Shown in pieces: positions 1 through 15,086 of a stretch of 64,000 nucleotides of DNA. The stretch is taken from NCBI RefSeq assembly GCF_003704095.1, contig NW_020844518.1, forward strand, positions 1 to 64,000. The letters run 5' to 3'. The notes under the pieces are model-generated. The model saw only the letters and a program-made list of their open reading frames with translations. It had not been told where the DNA came from and did not search any database. A program made the translations under genes and the position numbers. Source of the stretch: Pocillopora damicornis. Lineage: Eukaryota. Each line of letters begins with the position of its first letter. Positions within the stretch are counted from its first letter, which is position 1.

Positions 1-3000
1 CTCCACCTCTACCTCCACCTCCACCTCCTCTCTTTGCACATTCACTTCGGTACATAAGGTTCGCTTGCTCTGCATCAGTTGAACTTAAACCAATCCTCTG
101 GCCAATAACATTTTGATACTGGAAAATACGATACACGAACGTCAATTAACTACTGCAGCCCATTTAGGAAGGAGGCTGGTACCCATTGGGGGTTGGGGGG
201 TTCTTTCTTCTTCGTAGCTGTTCTTTGGTATTATATGTCGTACTATTCCCCCCTCCCCCATCACACCCCAAGATCAAGAAGTGTCTGAGGGAGAGAGTGG
301 AGCATATTGGTTACACCAATGATTGCTTGTGCAATTGGTGTCCAGGATTCTGTTTGTCGAGGCTCCCAGTGACTTGACGGGCCCAGTAAGCTTATTTTTG
401 TTTGCCATGAATTCGCACAAGATGGGAATATGGAAACTGTTGTAATTGAAATAATTAAGATATCAGGAAACAGAAAGAGAATGAACTGGATTATGAGGCG
501 TAGTAACATACCTTCTTGTCTTTCGTTATTATGGTTTGAAGTCCAAGTTTCGGGTTCTTGCTGAATGCTTTGTCGTCGTAATGCATCAGGCTCTCGTAAT
601 CATAAGAGATGCCTAGAGAATCAACGAATGACCTTCGGTACTTCTTAAAATTACCCTTCATCCCTGCAATAAATTATGATGAAATTTTTTAGTCGGGAAA
701 GTTAGTTGCTGTAATATAATTATTTTATTTAATGGATTCGTACAAGTACGAGTACAGGTACATAACAATAGGACATAAGTCCCTTACTTGGTTAATACAC
801 CCACACGTAAAAAATATCCCGGAAAGAAATATCCCGAAAGAAGATCCCTTCCCTGATCCGACTAAACTACAATTCAAATAATCTAAATCACACAGAACAT
901 TCTAAAGTATACAAATTAACAACTTAACTTAACTTAACAAGTACAGACAGAAGAAGTATTTACACGGCGACACTAAGATGATAAGAGGTAGACGTAAGGA
1001 AAAAATTGCTATGAATCCTGATGATGAGATCTTGAGAAGAAAATTTATGAAAGGTTTGGGTTCTCGTGAGTTGGAGATCAATTGGACCGGATATATTTGA
1101 GTAAACGATGTTTTCTGCGTTGCTTTTCAAACACTCTACAATTTGATCAAATCTGCTAAATTCAGGGAGAGTTCGAGGGTCAAGCCAAAACGGCAAAAAA
1201 CTGCGCGGCTACTTTAAAATAACTTCAGCCTGATACTATGTTGGATTACAGTTCAGTTTGTTTAAACTTTTGAAGTACTGATAATATGCATTGAGTTCAT
1301 TAGGGTGACAAATAAAAAAAGACCTAAGAGGAAACAAAATATCCCTTTTGGTAAGCGAAAAGAACGAGCTATCGGAAGTTGACTAACTGCAATAACTCTA
1401 TGACGAAACTCAAATTTAGATTTTTGGTGGAAGATACGTGCGCGCACGTTCTTGAGAGTGATTGTACAGTAGCTAGTTTAAAAAAAGACTGAGTGGAGAA
1501 ATTCAAGAATGAAGACTTTTGCTGTAAGGGTTTTTAAAAATGAACTGAAAATAAATTTTCCTTACCTGGTTTTACATTTTTTAACAGCACTGTGACAAAC
1601 TGATCTCTATCAGGACGAGACTGTTCATGAAAGAAACCAATGGCATGGCCTGTGAAAGATCAGTAAGACGCTTGCTTTTTTGCGATTCACTCATATGATA
1701 TCTACCGTTACCTGATAATCCATGTTGCTTCTTTCAAAATTCAATCTAGAGGATTTTCGAAATGGTCCTAAGTTCGGATAGAAAAAATGTTGGTTTAAAT
1801 TTTCCAACGGCTTTAAAAATATCGTCCCTTGATAAAACCTCTAAAATGTGTACATATAATTAAGCAAAAAAACAAAAATAAGAAAAACCAAACAGGGAAA
1901 AAAGCAGAAGAAAAAGAGACAAACAAACCGACCATACTAAAAAGTAAGGAAAATAAATAAAAACAAATAAACAAACACATCAGAGCAAATTATTTACCGA
2001 TTTCATGGGCAACAGTTCCTAGATTCCAGCATCGGTTTCCAAGGTCAATAATTTGACGGCCTCCAACTCTACCCACATTTGATAAACACCCTCCTCTGAA
2101 AAGTGAGGCGATATCAGAAGGATGTAGTGATTATTTACATAGATTTACATAGTTTGTTGCGCTTTCATGAAAATAGAAAAACAAAGTAGAGTGTAGCTCT
2201 GTTTAAGTTGGTCATCAGGGATCTCGCAGGCGAGACCTAGTTGCGACTCTAAGGTAAACTCTGATCACAAGAAAAGATATCATATTTGTGATAAAAACTT
2301 TGCAAGTGAGCCGTTGTCTTTACTGTCTTTATCAGGGTCAAGCATTATCTTACATGATAAGGCACCGTTAAGTTTCAAGCAGATATTTATTTTAATTTTC
2401 TGTCAGTGTCGGGGTTCTTATTCTCGAACTACAAAACCTTTGGTGAATCTTATGGCTGCAAGGAGAGGACCAAAAAGAAATGTAAAATGTTTTAAATTTA
2501 TTATGTACTGATTTGCGACGTACTGATTGCTGTCGCAGACCTGGTTTACGTGTAAGGTCTCCAATAGCGGAGCGCGCGTAACGTAGCCCCATACGGAAGA
2601 AAATTGTTAAGTTAACCTTTAAAGCCAAGAAAACTTAATTGCTACGTCTAGTCCATCCATCCGTACATTTGTTTAATTTAAGATATTCTGATGTTTTCAG
2701 CACCAGAAAAAAAATGCTAACGTACTGGGATAGCTTAATTCTCTAATTTCTCCAACCATTTTTTTTTTCGTTCAAACACACAAGCTCATGATTACTAAGA
2801 ATTATTTCATAGCAAATTACGCTAACAGCCTCTAACCTGCGTAAAGCAAACACTTTTTACGTCTTTTTCATTTGTTCGCCTCTTAAAGCGGATGCATGTC
2901 TTTCCCGTCCATTCATTCATTCCTGCAATTATGGCATTATTTGCTTTCCTGGCATTCTGTTTTTTACCTGTGTTTTTTAAAGAGCAAAGACTAGTAAATA

Positions 3001-3715
3001 TCGATCTCTTGCACCAAGCGGGCTTCATTTCGCTCTGTTTGCATGTTGAATTCAAATCGTAGACATGACGCAGCGAAGATTCATCTCAAGTGAAAAGCTA
3101 GTTTTTCTAGGATCCTTTCCAGCATTATACTTGTTTGAATTGTGATACAGGTGAAGCGAATTGTTGGGGCGACTTTTTAATTAATACAAATGGATCTCTG
3201 AACTTAAAGTTGAAATGGAAAAACGGGTGATTCTACTCTTGACCCAAGTGTCCCAGCCACACAGAGCTTGTCCCGTTTTTTTTTTTTTTGTTGTATGAAG
3301 CTATAAGGGGTGCTGCAATTCTCTGAAAAATATGCCAATCCAACGTCCCGGAATGCAGCTGATAAACTGTTAATTCGTTTTCCATTTCAGTTATGTGTTG
3401 CAAATATTTGACTCCGAACTGGAAGAAACTTGTACAAATATGTCCAAGTTAACATAGAGTTTAAATACATTCGTATTAATCTCTGAAAAGTGTAATGCAA
3501 AACAAAACATGCACACAGAAGTTATTCGCCCTTACTAAGGCCATTAGAGATGACATAAGGGACTTCTCCTTTCGGCCATAGTCTGTTTCTGGGTTTGACG
3601 GCTGCTCTTTTTCGGGAAATATCAACATCCATTCCATGCTCGGCTTTATAACGGACATGGGGAGGAAGAATCATATCTCCCTCGAACAAATCCTTGTTAT
3701 CCACGCGTAAGTTCT
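1..3715 (-). pseudogene. Astacin-like metalloprotease gene A (partial; frameshifted, probable pseudogene or assembly error)
   Basis: Exons (minus): 3536-3715 (ENLRVDNKDLFEGDMILPPH...SRKRAAVKPRNRLWPKGEVPY), 2837-2967 (131 nt versus 130 in paralog B, a +1 frameshift near the T-run 2854-2858), 1998-2095 (GGCLSNVGRVGGRQIIDLGNRCWNLGTVAHEI), 1566-1649 ([16 protein letters not shown]), 512-663 (YDYESLMHY Met-turn), 1-118 (YQNVIGQRIGLSSTDAEQANLMYRSECAKRGGGGGGRGG, runs off the window). All have GT-AG boundaries. No signal-peptide exon found. Confidence 0.8.
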
Positions 3716-4303
3716 CTATGATAAAAAATTGAATAAAATCGATTAGTCGATCACTTTTTCATTCAATAAAACAATCATCATTCATGCAATCAACCAATCA
3801 ATTGTACAGTCAATCCTCCAATGAAACCAACCAAACAGTAAGTATTGCTCAACTGATCGGTAGGGCAGTCAATTAATTTCCCAATTAAAAAAGAAGCATA
3901 AGCGTGACAAATTTATGAAACTTTATGTACTTCTATTCTCTTTGACACAACTAATAATTAGTTATAACCTCTTTAAATGGATATGTTTCAATAGGAAACT
4001 AATGGCTTGTAACTGACAGCTGCTCTTATAACTAACACGAAAAAAAAAAGGATTCGGCGTGAAGCGAATTTAAATTAAAACTCAATCTATTTCCCTCAAA
4101 ATCAGGTTAACTTTGTATTGTATAAACATATAAGGAGTACAGCACTCAGCAAGTGAGAAGCATGAAAAACTGAGACAGCGACACACGTTTTCCCAAATGT
4201 GAACATTGCGACCTCTTTTACTCGTGTGTTTTTCTTTCTTCTTTTTCAGTAAGCAACGTTCAATAATCGAACTACGAGAGACCCCCTCCACCGGAAGAAA
4301 GAA

Positions 4304-4850
4304 GTCTCAACCATCTGCGCAGGCGTCTCGATATCGTTGCCAGAGTTTAAGTGAATGTGCATGTGTAACTTTATTTAGGCTGCCTAACGATCACTAGCTC
4401 CTCTTCTACACTGGGGATCTGAAAAATCCAATCGTTTGATCGCTACACCTAACTCTTTTCCTACCGCGTTTATGCAGACTATGGTAGACCCGCTATGGTA
4501 TCAGCCAGCGTTGTCTTGGCGTTAACTGACTGTCTTCAGCTCTGGCATGATGGTCTTGAGTTGTTTGATAACGCGTGCCATGACTACGAGGACTGAGTGC
4601 ACCTCTGGAAGATGTAAGCGAAGGTTAGCATTTGAAGGCGTTCGCTAACCTTTCTGAAGGCTACGTTGATGTGCCAAGATATGCCACGTTTGCCAAACCA
4701 ATCGGTTCAGCTTTCTTATTATTTTCTCGGCAAATATTTTATAGCCCAGTCCTGTACAACTAACACTGATGACTCTTCTAATGACTCGAGGATATTGATC
4801 CTTGCAGCATCTTGATTTAAGGAGCGTAGTATGTGAGCCTTCCAAGCCAT
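4304..4850 (-). mobile_element. Degenerate DNA-transposon transposase fragment (Sola-like DDD type) in gene A intron 1
   Basis: Minus-strand translation with stops and a frameshift: WKAHILRSLNQD...VQDWAIKYLPRK**ES*TDWFGKRGISWHINV...RQDNAG*YHSG...RLDFSDPQCRRGASDR*AA*IK...NSGNDIETPAQMVE. The three-Asp motif pattern resembles Sola-type transposases (family assignment from recall, unverified). Absent from the homologous intron of gene B. Confidence 0.6.
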
Positions 4851-4879
4851 CGGCAGAAATATTGGACAAGATGGCGGCC

Positions 4880-4979
4880 NNNNNNNNNNNNNNNNNNNNN
4901 NNNNNNNNNNNNNNNNNNNNNNNNNNNNNNNNNNNNNNNNNNNNNNNNNNNNNNNNNNNNNNNNNNNNNNNNNNNNNNN
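4880..4979. other. Assembly gap (100 N)
   Basis: Run of N. Confidence 0.99.
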
Positions 4980-6049
4980 CAGGCGGCCTAAGCTCATGTA
5001 TTGAGAAAAAGCAAACGACTAATTCATGAGAGCGTCGTGCGTTGTGTGACTCGGGAGGAACCGTTAAGAATTTAAACACGTTACAAGGTATTGTTTGGAG
5101 AACAAAATATGGTCGATTTACAACCAAAAATATTTCGAAATATGAACATTTTGCACGTAAAATCAATAAAACTTACTCACATCTTGTGTGTCCGCTGTGG
5201 TTTCATGCGATTTCTGCCGTTTAAAGCTTGCAGATTTCGACTGTTGTCCACGCGGTTTGCGCCCCGAAAATCCTCCCGATCGGCATTTTTTTCAACTATA
5301 GTTTAAGAGCTAAGATCATTGCACCCTGGGACATGTCTCAATACCAAAACTCCCCGCGCAGTTCGCTGAAAACGAGTGTTTTCTACCTGCATTTCCGAGT
5401 TCGCTTCTCTTCTCTCTAGAAATGCTCTGGACACGGCCGCGGAAGAGACTTGGGTACGAGGTCAGTTTTCTCTCTGCCATGAGTGGTACAGTAGATTAAT
5501 GTACAATACTTAACCCATCAAAATCTCCGAGGCCATATTTACTGGACAACTTCTTTTGAACCAAGGAACGAAATAGGGTTTTTTTTAGGCGCTAGTAAGG
5601 TGTTTATATCATTATCAGGAATGCAGCCTTTGTGACACTCAAATGCAGTGTCCGAACCAATTCGAAAAAAGCTTACAACAGCTTTTAAAATACTAGCATT
5701 GACGGCCATCGCGTAAGTTGACGATCGAGTTGGGTATCAAAGGTCATAAAATCGACATGTGATATATGACCTTAATGTGGATACTCCATGCGGTAATTAT
5801 TAACGAAATATGACACTCTGGCGTACCCATACTGATATCAAATAAAAACGAACTTTTATTGGACAAAATTAATAAACTGTCCCTATTTCACATCCATTTT
5901 TTAGGATATTTAGGGCGATCCGGTCTTTTTGCCAGCTGTCAGTTTGAGCCCACCACAAACGTTGTCAGTTAGAGTATCAGTACTTTGTCAGTTGTCAATT
6001 AAAATTTTAGCCATTTGTCAGTTGTCAGTTAACCCCATCCAGACCCTCA

Positions 6050-6140
6050 TGGATGGATTCGATGGATGGAGGGATATTGTATGGATGGATGGATGGATGG
6101 ACAGATTAGATAAATGGATAACTGGATAAATGGATAAATA
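6050..6140 (+). repeat. (GGAT)n degenerate microsatellite
   Basis: ggatggatggatggatggac...; complementary (CCAT)n at about 18826-18860. Confidence 0.8.
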
Positions 6141-6342
6141 ACAAGCTAACTCATGGAGTTCCCTACTGAAATGCATTGCTGGAACCCGGCCTAAGAAAAG
6201 GGAAATAATAGCCAATCAGAACTCCGTACTTAAACAAACTGAGCTGCATTACTGCATCAATGATTTTGCAATGTACTACTTTTGCTAGTTGATGAAGGGA
6301 CTCCTTGCTTTTCACGATCCTCACTACTCTATGAGGGTCGAT

Positions 6343-6995
6343 TTGGTTATTAGGCTTTATCTCAAAGCCTTGTAGCTTCTCATATTGGAGTAACATAATC
6401 GTCCTTAAACAGCAACATTACTAGTATTTTGTATTTTGCACTTTTTGAAGCATGCATATTTTTTGTGGTGATAAGCCTCATATTTTAGTGTTTATCTCAG
6501 GACGTTTGTCTCAAGATATCCATCACTGCCAGTGATACTATTAGATATATGCCCACCTACATTGTGCCTCCGGGAAGTTCATGCACGATCATAGTTATTC
6601 AAAACCTAAGGTACGAAAAACGAAATGAAAACAATTGTGCCACTCTATGACACAAAAATAGTTGGTTATTAGACTTTACCTCAAAGCCTTGTAGCTTCTC
6701 ATATTGAAGTAACATAGACGTCCTTACTGATACAGCAACATTTTTAGTATTTTGTGTATGTGCGCAATTTGAAGTATTCGTTTGTCGTGCAGTGATAAGC
6801 TAGATATTTTAGTGTTTATCTCAGGAAATTTGTCTCAAGATATGCATCATTGCCAGTGATACTCTTAGATATATGCCCACCTATATTGTGCCTCCAGGAG
6901 GTTCATGCAGGATCAAATTAAAGTTATTCAAAACCTAAGGTACGAAAAAACAAACAAAAAAACAATTGTACCACTCTATAACGCAACAAAATAGC
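6343..6995 (+). repeat. Tandem duplication of an ~320 bp unit
   Basis: Units 6343-6661 and 6662-6995 both begin ttggttattag.cttta.ctcaaagccttgtagcttctcatattg and end ccactctat...aaaatag. Confidence 0.9.
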
Positions 6996-7510
6996 AAAAA
7001 TTTGATTAGAAGACAACCTGTTATGCTCTGAAATTTTGAGTTTAAGTTGCAAAATGCCAAAATCCCCTTTCTTGGTAGTCATATCCATTTGTTTGGCTGC
7101 ATATCTTTGTGATGATAAAAATAGGTCCCCAGAGATTTCATTACAACCTCAAAATTAAAAAGAGTCACTTTTTAGTAACTTGCATTTCATAAACTCTTCA
7201 CTATTTTAGTTGGATTGACAAATACATTACTCCCTGCGACATTTTTGAAAAATGCCATGCGATTTGACGTCGGAGTGTAAAAGGCGGAATAATATTGATC
7301 AAGATGTTTTAGTCACCTTTGTTCAGTTCCGTTCTGATTTGCTGGTCTGCTTACATTAGGTGTAAGCAATAAATATTACGCGGTTTGTTTGCACCTAATC
7401 ATATTTCATTTCAATGGAGTAATGACTACCATTTTGCTGCGAGGACAATCTTAAATGTGATATTGGATCTCGGTATCCCTCAAGCCTGGTTTTCACTAGC
7501 GACAAACACA

Positions 7511-7610
7511 NNNNNNNNNNNNNNNNNNNNNNNNNNNNNNNNNNNNNNNNNNNNNNNNNNNNNNNNNNNNNNNNNNNNNNNNNNNNNNNNNNNNNNNNNN
7601 NNNNNNNNNN
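7511..7610. other. Assembly gap (100 N)
   Basis: Run of N. Confidence 0.99.
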
Positions 7611-8904
7611 CTTTTACATGCCTGCATGAGGCTTCTTATTCATTGAATGTGTAATTTAGCAATTTTTATGGTCTCATTATCTGAAGTAAGTTATTGTGAA
7701 TTCTTCAATTTTATATTTAATTTCCTCCACACGAGATACTTTTTTCCATATGGATGTACACGTAATTTCTGTATATCAAAGTTTCAGCTGCATTCAGATA
7801 AGAGAACTGTTTGCTTTACTAAAAAAAATTAAGGTATATGATCATATTTAATAAGTATTACAGATGTAATAACATGGCAAATAATTGATAGAGTTATTGC
7901 AAATTTAAATTGATTAAGAAAAATATACTGATTTTTTAGATTGATAGGTTGAACTTATATTTTTTTTTTATTGTTAGTATCAGTTCAAATCGCGTTTCTT
8001 AGTGGTTGGATTTGAGAGTGCAATTTGTGAATTAATAGCTTTTTGTGCAGTGTGTTGCTTCAGCTTGTTATATTGTGTATTTGTTATATTGTTTAGTGAT
8101 AAAGATTCTAAGCTATTCTATTCGATATACATGACTGAGATTATGTGAACTATGCATTGATGAAAGAGAACAATTTTAATAAAGTATAACAATTAGTAAT
8201 TCAAACATTTGGACACCTCTTTTTTTAATTGTGTGTGGGCCTCAAATGGGATATCCTCAGCTTTCATTATGGGTTTACTTTATCTCAGGGGAGCAATTGA
8301 GTTTTGAACCAAACTGTTTCATCAATGCAATTTCAAACATTCTCTTTACTTGTATGTGTGATGTCCCTTTTTCTAACAATTTAAAGGTTGCCCAAAATAT
8401 CGTAATATAAATGTGGGTGTGATTAAGCAGATCAAAAGTCAATTGAAGGTGAAACCTGCAGCTTTTAGAGGCACTTAAAGGTCACTTAATGATGAATGTT
8501 AACAAAACTTGAAATTTGAGAAAACCCGAAAGTACAACTAAAGATGAATTACAACAAAACCTGCAACTTTAAGTAGTACTTAAACGGAAACAAAAGATAA
8601 AAGAAACCTTTAAGACGTTTTTACAAGTAGAAGTTTTGGTTAACTAAAGACAAGTTTACGAGAATTACGAGGATTCTTAAAGTCAATTAAATGGTTATTT
8701 AGGTTTGCTTTCATGTGGTCTTAAAGTGTTCATGAAATGATTCATAAGGAGACTTTAATTGACTTCTGAAATTTTAATTAAAAATACATTTCAGAACTTT
8801 CCTATGTCACCTAAAGATGTCTTAAATATTTCTAATGTTCACCTTTAAGTTACCATAAGGAAACTTACTTACTTCATCATAGTTTCTATACACTCCGTAT
8901 ACTG

Positions 8905-10160
8905 AGGGAAATTTTCTGTGCATATCATACACCAAACTATGCAAAATATTACGATATTTTCCACGTGAAAGTTGGGCCTCTTCCATCCGCGCTGGCGTAA
9001 GTAGGAAATCAGATCCCCATCGTTGGGAAAGCACTCCTTCTGGTAACGTCAAGAGTTGCAATATTGCAAGGGCTTATAAAATGCCACCTCCTCCTTTCAC
9101 TACTATTAGAAGGGCTGTATGAGCAATGTTTCCACAATTATCAATCGATTATATTTGTACCAATGGCGATCCGTCCGTCCGTCTTAATAAATATCCAAAT
9201 ATGAGTCATTTCAAGACGTTATAGTACCTGTTCTTTGAAGTATAAAACGATCTTCTCCACGCCACTCAGTTTCACTGACTGATCGACTGGCATCAACCTA
9301 ACTGCATCAGCAGTTTTGGCTCATATCAATTTACTGACGTCATCTCCGTCACTTTATAAAGTATACTATATTTTTAACCGCACCTCAAATAACCCGCATC
9401 AAACTACGTAGTCGAAACCATACCTTATATAGCCATTCAAGGCATCCAAGATTAAGAAAGCGCTGTCTTTATCTAAATTTGTCTTTCTTTGGTTGTAAAG
9501 AAGAGATAAAAAAGGCGCACGCTACATCATGTAAAACTTTGATTGTAATGTTCACTTCTCTTTTTTTTGGATATTTTTTTAAATGTAAGCAGAGACTGTA
9601 CTATGCTCTTTTAGTGTTATTTTTCCTTTACTAGTATGTAATCTTTACGATCGTTTTCGTTTTCTTTTTTGTAAACTACTTAATATTCTTTAGTCGACAA
9701 ATCTATAATAATTGCCTCGTTTTACTCTAAATAATATATGAAAAGAAAGTACTGCGACAAAATAAAAATACGTAAATACATAGCTTTATGATGTGTGTTT
9801 TTAATGTTTTACCAGAACTGTATATATACATTAAGGTAGAATCGACCCAATCATCACATTTGGGAACTGATCATGAGTGACGTATTCCACGTTTGTATCA
9901 CGTTTGTAGCCATTTTGGGAATACCCTGTCTTTTAACTGCTCAATCTCGACCACAGACATTTATTTTCCACGAAATGAAAGCAAAACCACACGTTTTCTC
10001 GACGTTATGAGTTTTACGATTTTGTGGCAAGATTAATCTCAGATCTTATCGCCATCGTGCGAAATCTTCCTTATATTGGTAATGAACTGAAAGCAGAAGT
10101 ATAATTCCAGTATCTCTATAGTTTCTGTCGTTCAAAAATGATATGATGCATCTAGTTTTG
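8905..10160 (-). promoter_or_regulatory. Paralogous copy of the gene B upstream region (putative former gene A upstream region)
   Basis: 8905-9095 aligns with about 15265-15452 (aggaaatcagatc...ggtaac.tcaagagttgc.atattgca). 9840-10150 aligns with about 15734-16250 (ggaataccctgt.ttttaactg; gaactgaaagcagaa). Confidence 0.6.
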
Positions 10161-11340
10161 TTAAAAATACATCTTCACATAGGTTGCCCAAAGTTGAGAT
10201 GTGAGAATCCACTCTGCTATTAAATTGGACGACAGCCACCACCCAGGAAAAACAGCATCAATCTGAATGTAACTGTGTCTCCAATGTGGGCTTGAGTGAT
10301 TCAATAGATTTGTGATTGTATTTGCCTCAGAGAAGAGCACAGTAAACGACAAGAAAAAGAGAGAGCAGATAATTTTGACTAATGTGAGCTTGAGTGATTC
10401 ACTAGATTGTGATTGTATTTGATATAGGTGGCTAAATGAAAAGCACAATAAACGAAAAGAAAACAGAGAGCAGATAAGACCGATCGTACTGAATTATCAC
10501 TCGAGTTTTATCGAAAGATGGTAGTAAATGAGTTTCAGAGTTTGTATGAAAACTATGGATTAATACCATTTTGATTGTTAACAATTGTTCCGTGAGCGTA
10601 TTTGGATATGACATGTTAAATAACTGAGTGGGCTATAACCAGTCTCTTATCCAACAAGCGCGAATGGAATAGTTTTTTTATTAAATTTCATCCTGAATGT
10701 TTGAGTATTTGAAGCTTTTCTCAGTTCCGTAACAGTTGGCATAATACATTTCCATATAACTTGACTCGGAATGTGAGCTGATAACCGGAGTCGACTAAAC
10801 CAATCAGAACACTAGAATTGCAATATATATAGATATGTATTTGTCTCTTGGTGGAGGTGGGGAGGGGGTACTTCTTAGCAATAGGCTAATGCGATATGGA
10901 TGCTAACTTCTCGTAATTAAATCATAAAAAAATTGTGGTCGTATAGATCCAACAAACAAAAGATTATTAATGAATGAGGAAACCGAATTGAGCCTCTTTG
11001 GAATAAAGAAAATAATATGCAACAAGGACAAAAGCATACAGGTAAAAGAATTTTAATAACCTCCCTTGATACACAAGAGCTTAGGACGGAATGCAATCTC
11101 GTTCTCGGCTAACTGCATTGGTTGCATCGCTTCCTGCAGTATCTCTTAACTATGGAATTCCTGCAGTGGCTTATCGGCCGCCTTCGGCAACTTCTCCATC
11201 TGTCTCGACAAACCGCTACGTAGAAAATGAAGAAAAAGACTTAAGTTATTCATGGTTGCTGCCGCTCGTTAAAACTATTTTAAAAATATCTCAACTCACA
11301 ACATTCACTCACTCACATTAATTTTTTTCGCCAATTAACG

Positions 11341-11440
11341 NNNNNNNNNNNNNNNNNNNNNNNNNNNNNNNNNNNNNNNNNNNNNNNNNNNNNNNNNNNN
11401 NNNNNNNNNNNNNNNNNNNNNNNNNNNNNNNNNNNNNNNN
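11341..11440. other. Assembly gap (100 N) truncating gene B
   Basis: Run of N that interrupts gene B exon 6. Confidence 0.99.

Positions 11441-15086
<3,646 letters not shown>

Larger units (their letters stand above)
6050..7510. repeat. Inverted copy of the block at about 17160-18860
   Basis: 6120-6415 is the reverse complement of about 18500-18840 (e.g. ccctactgaaatgcattgc / gcaatgcatttcagtaggg). About 7015-7510 is the reverse complement of about 17160-17640 (ending cactagcgacaaacaca / tgtgtttgtcgctagtg). Confidence 0.85.
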
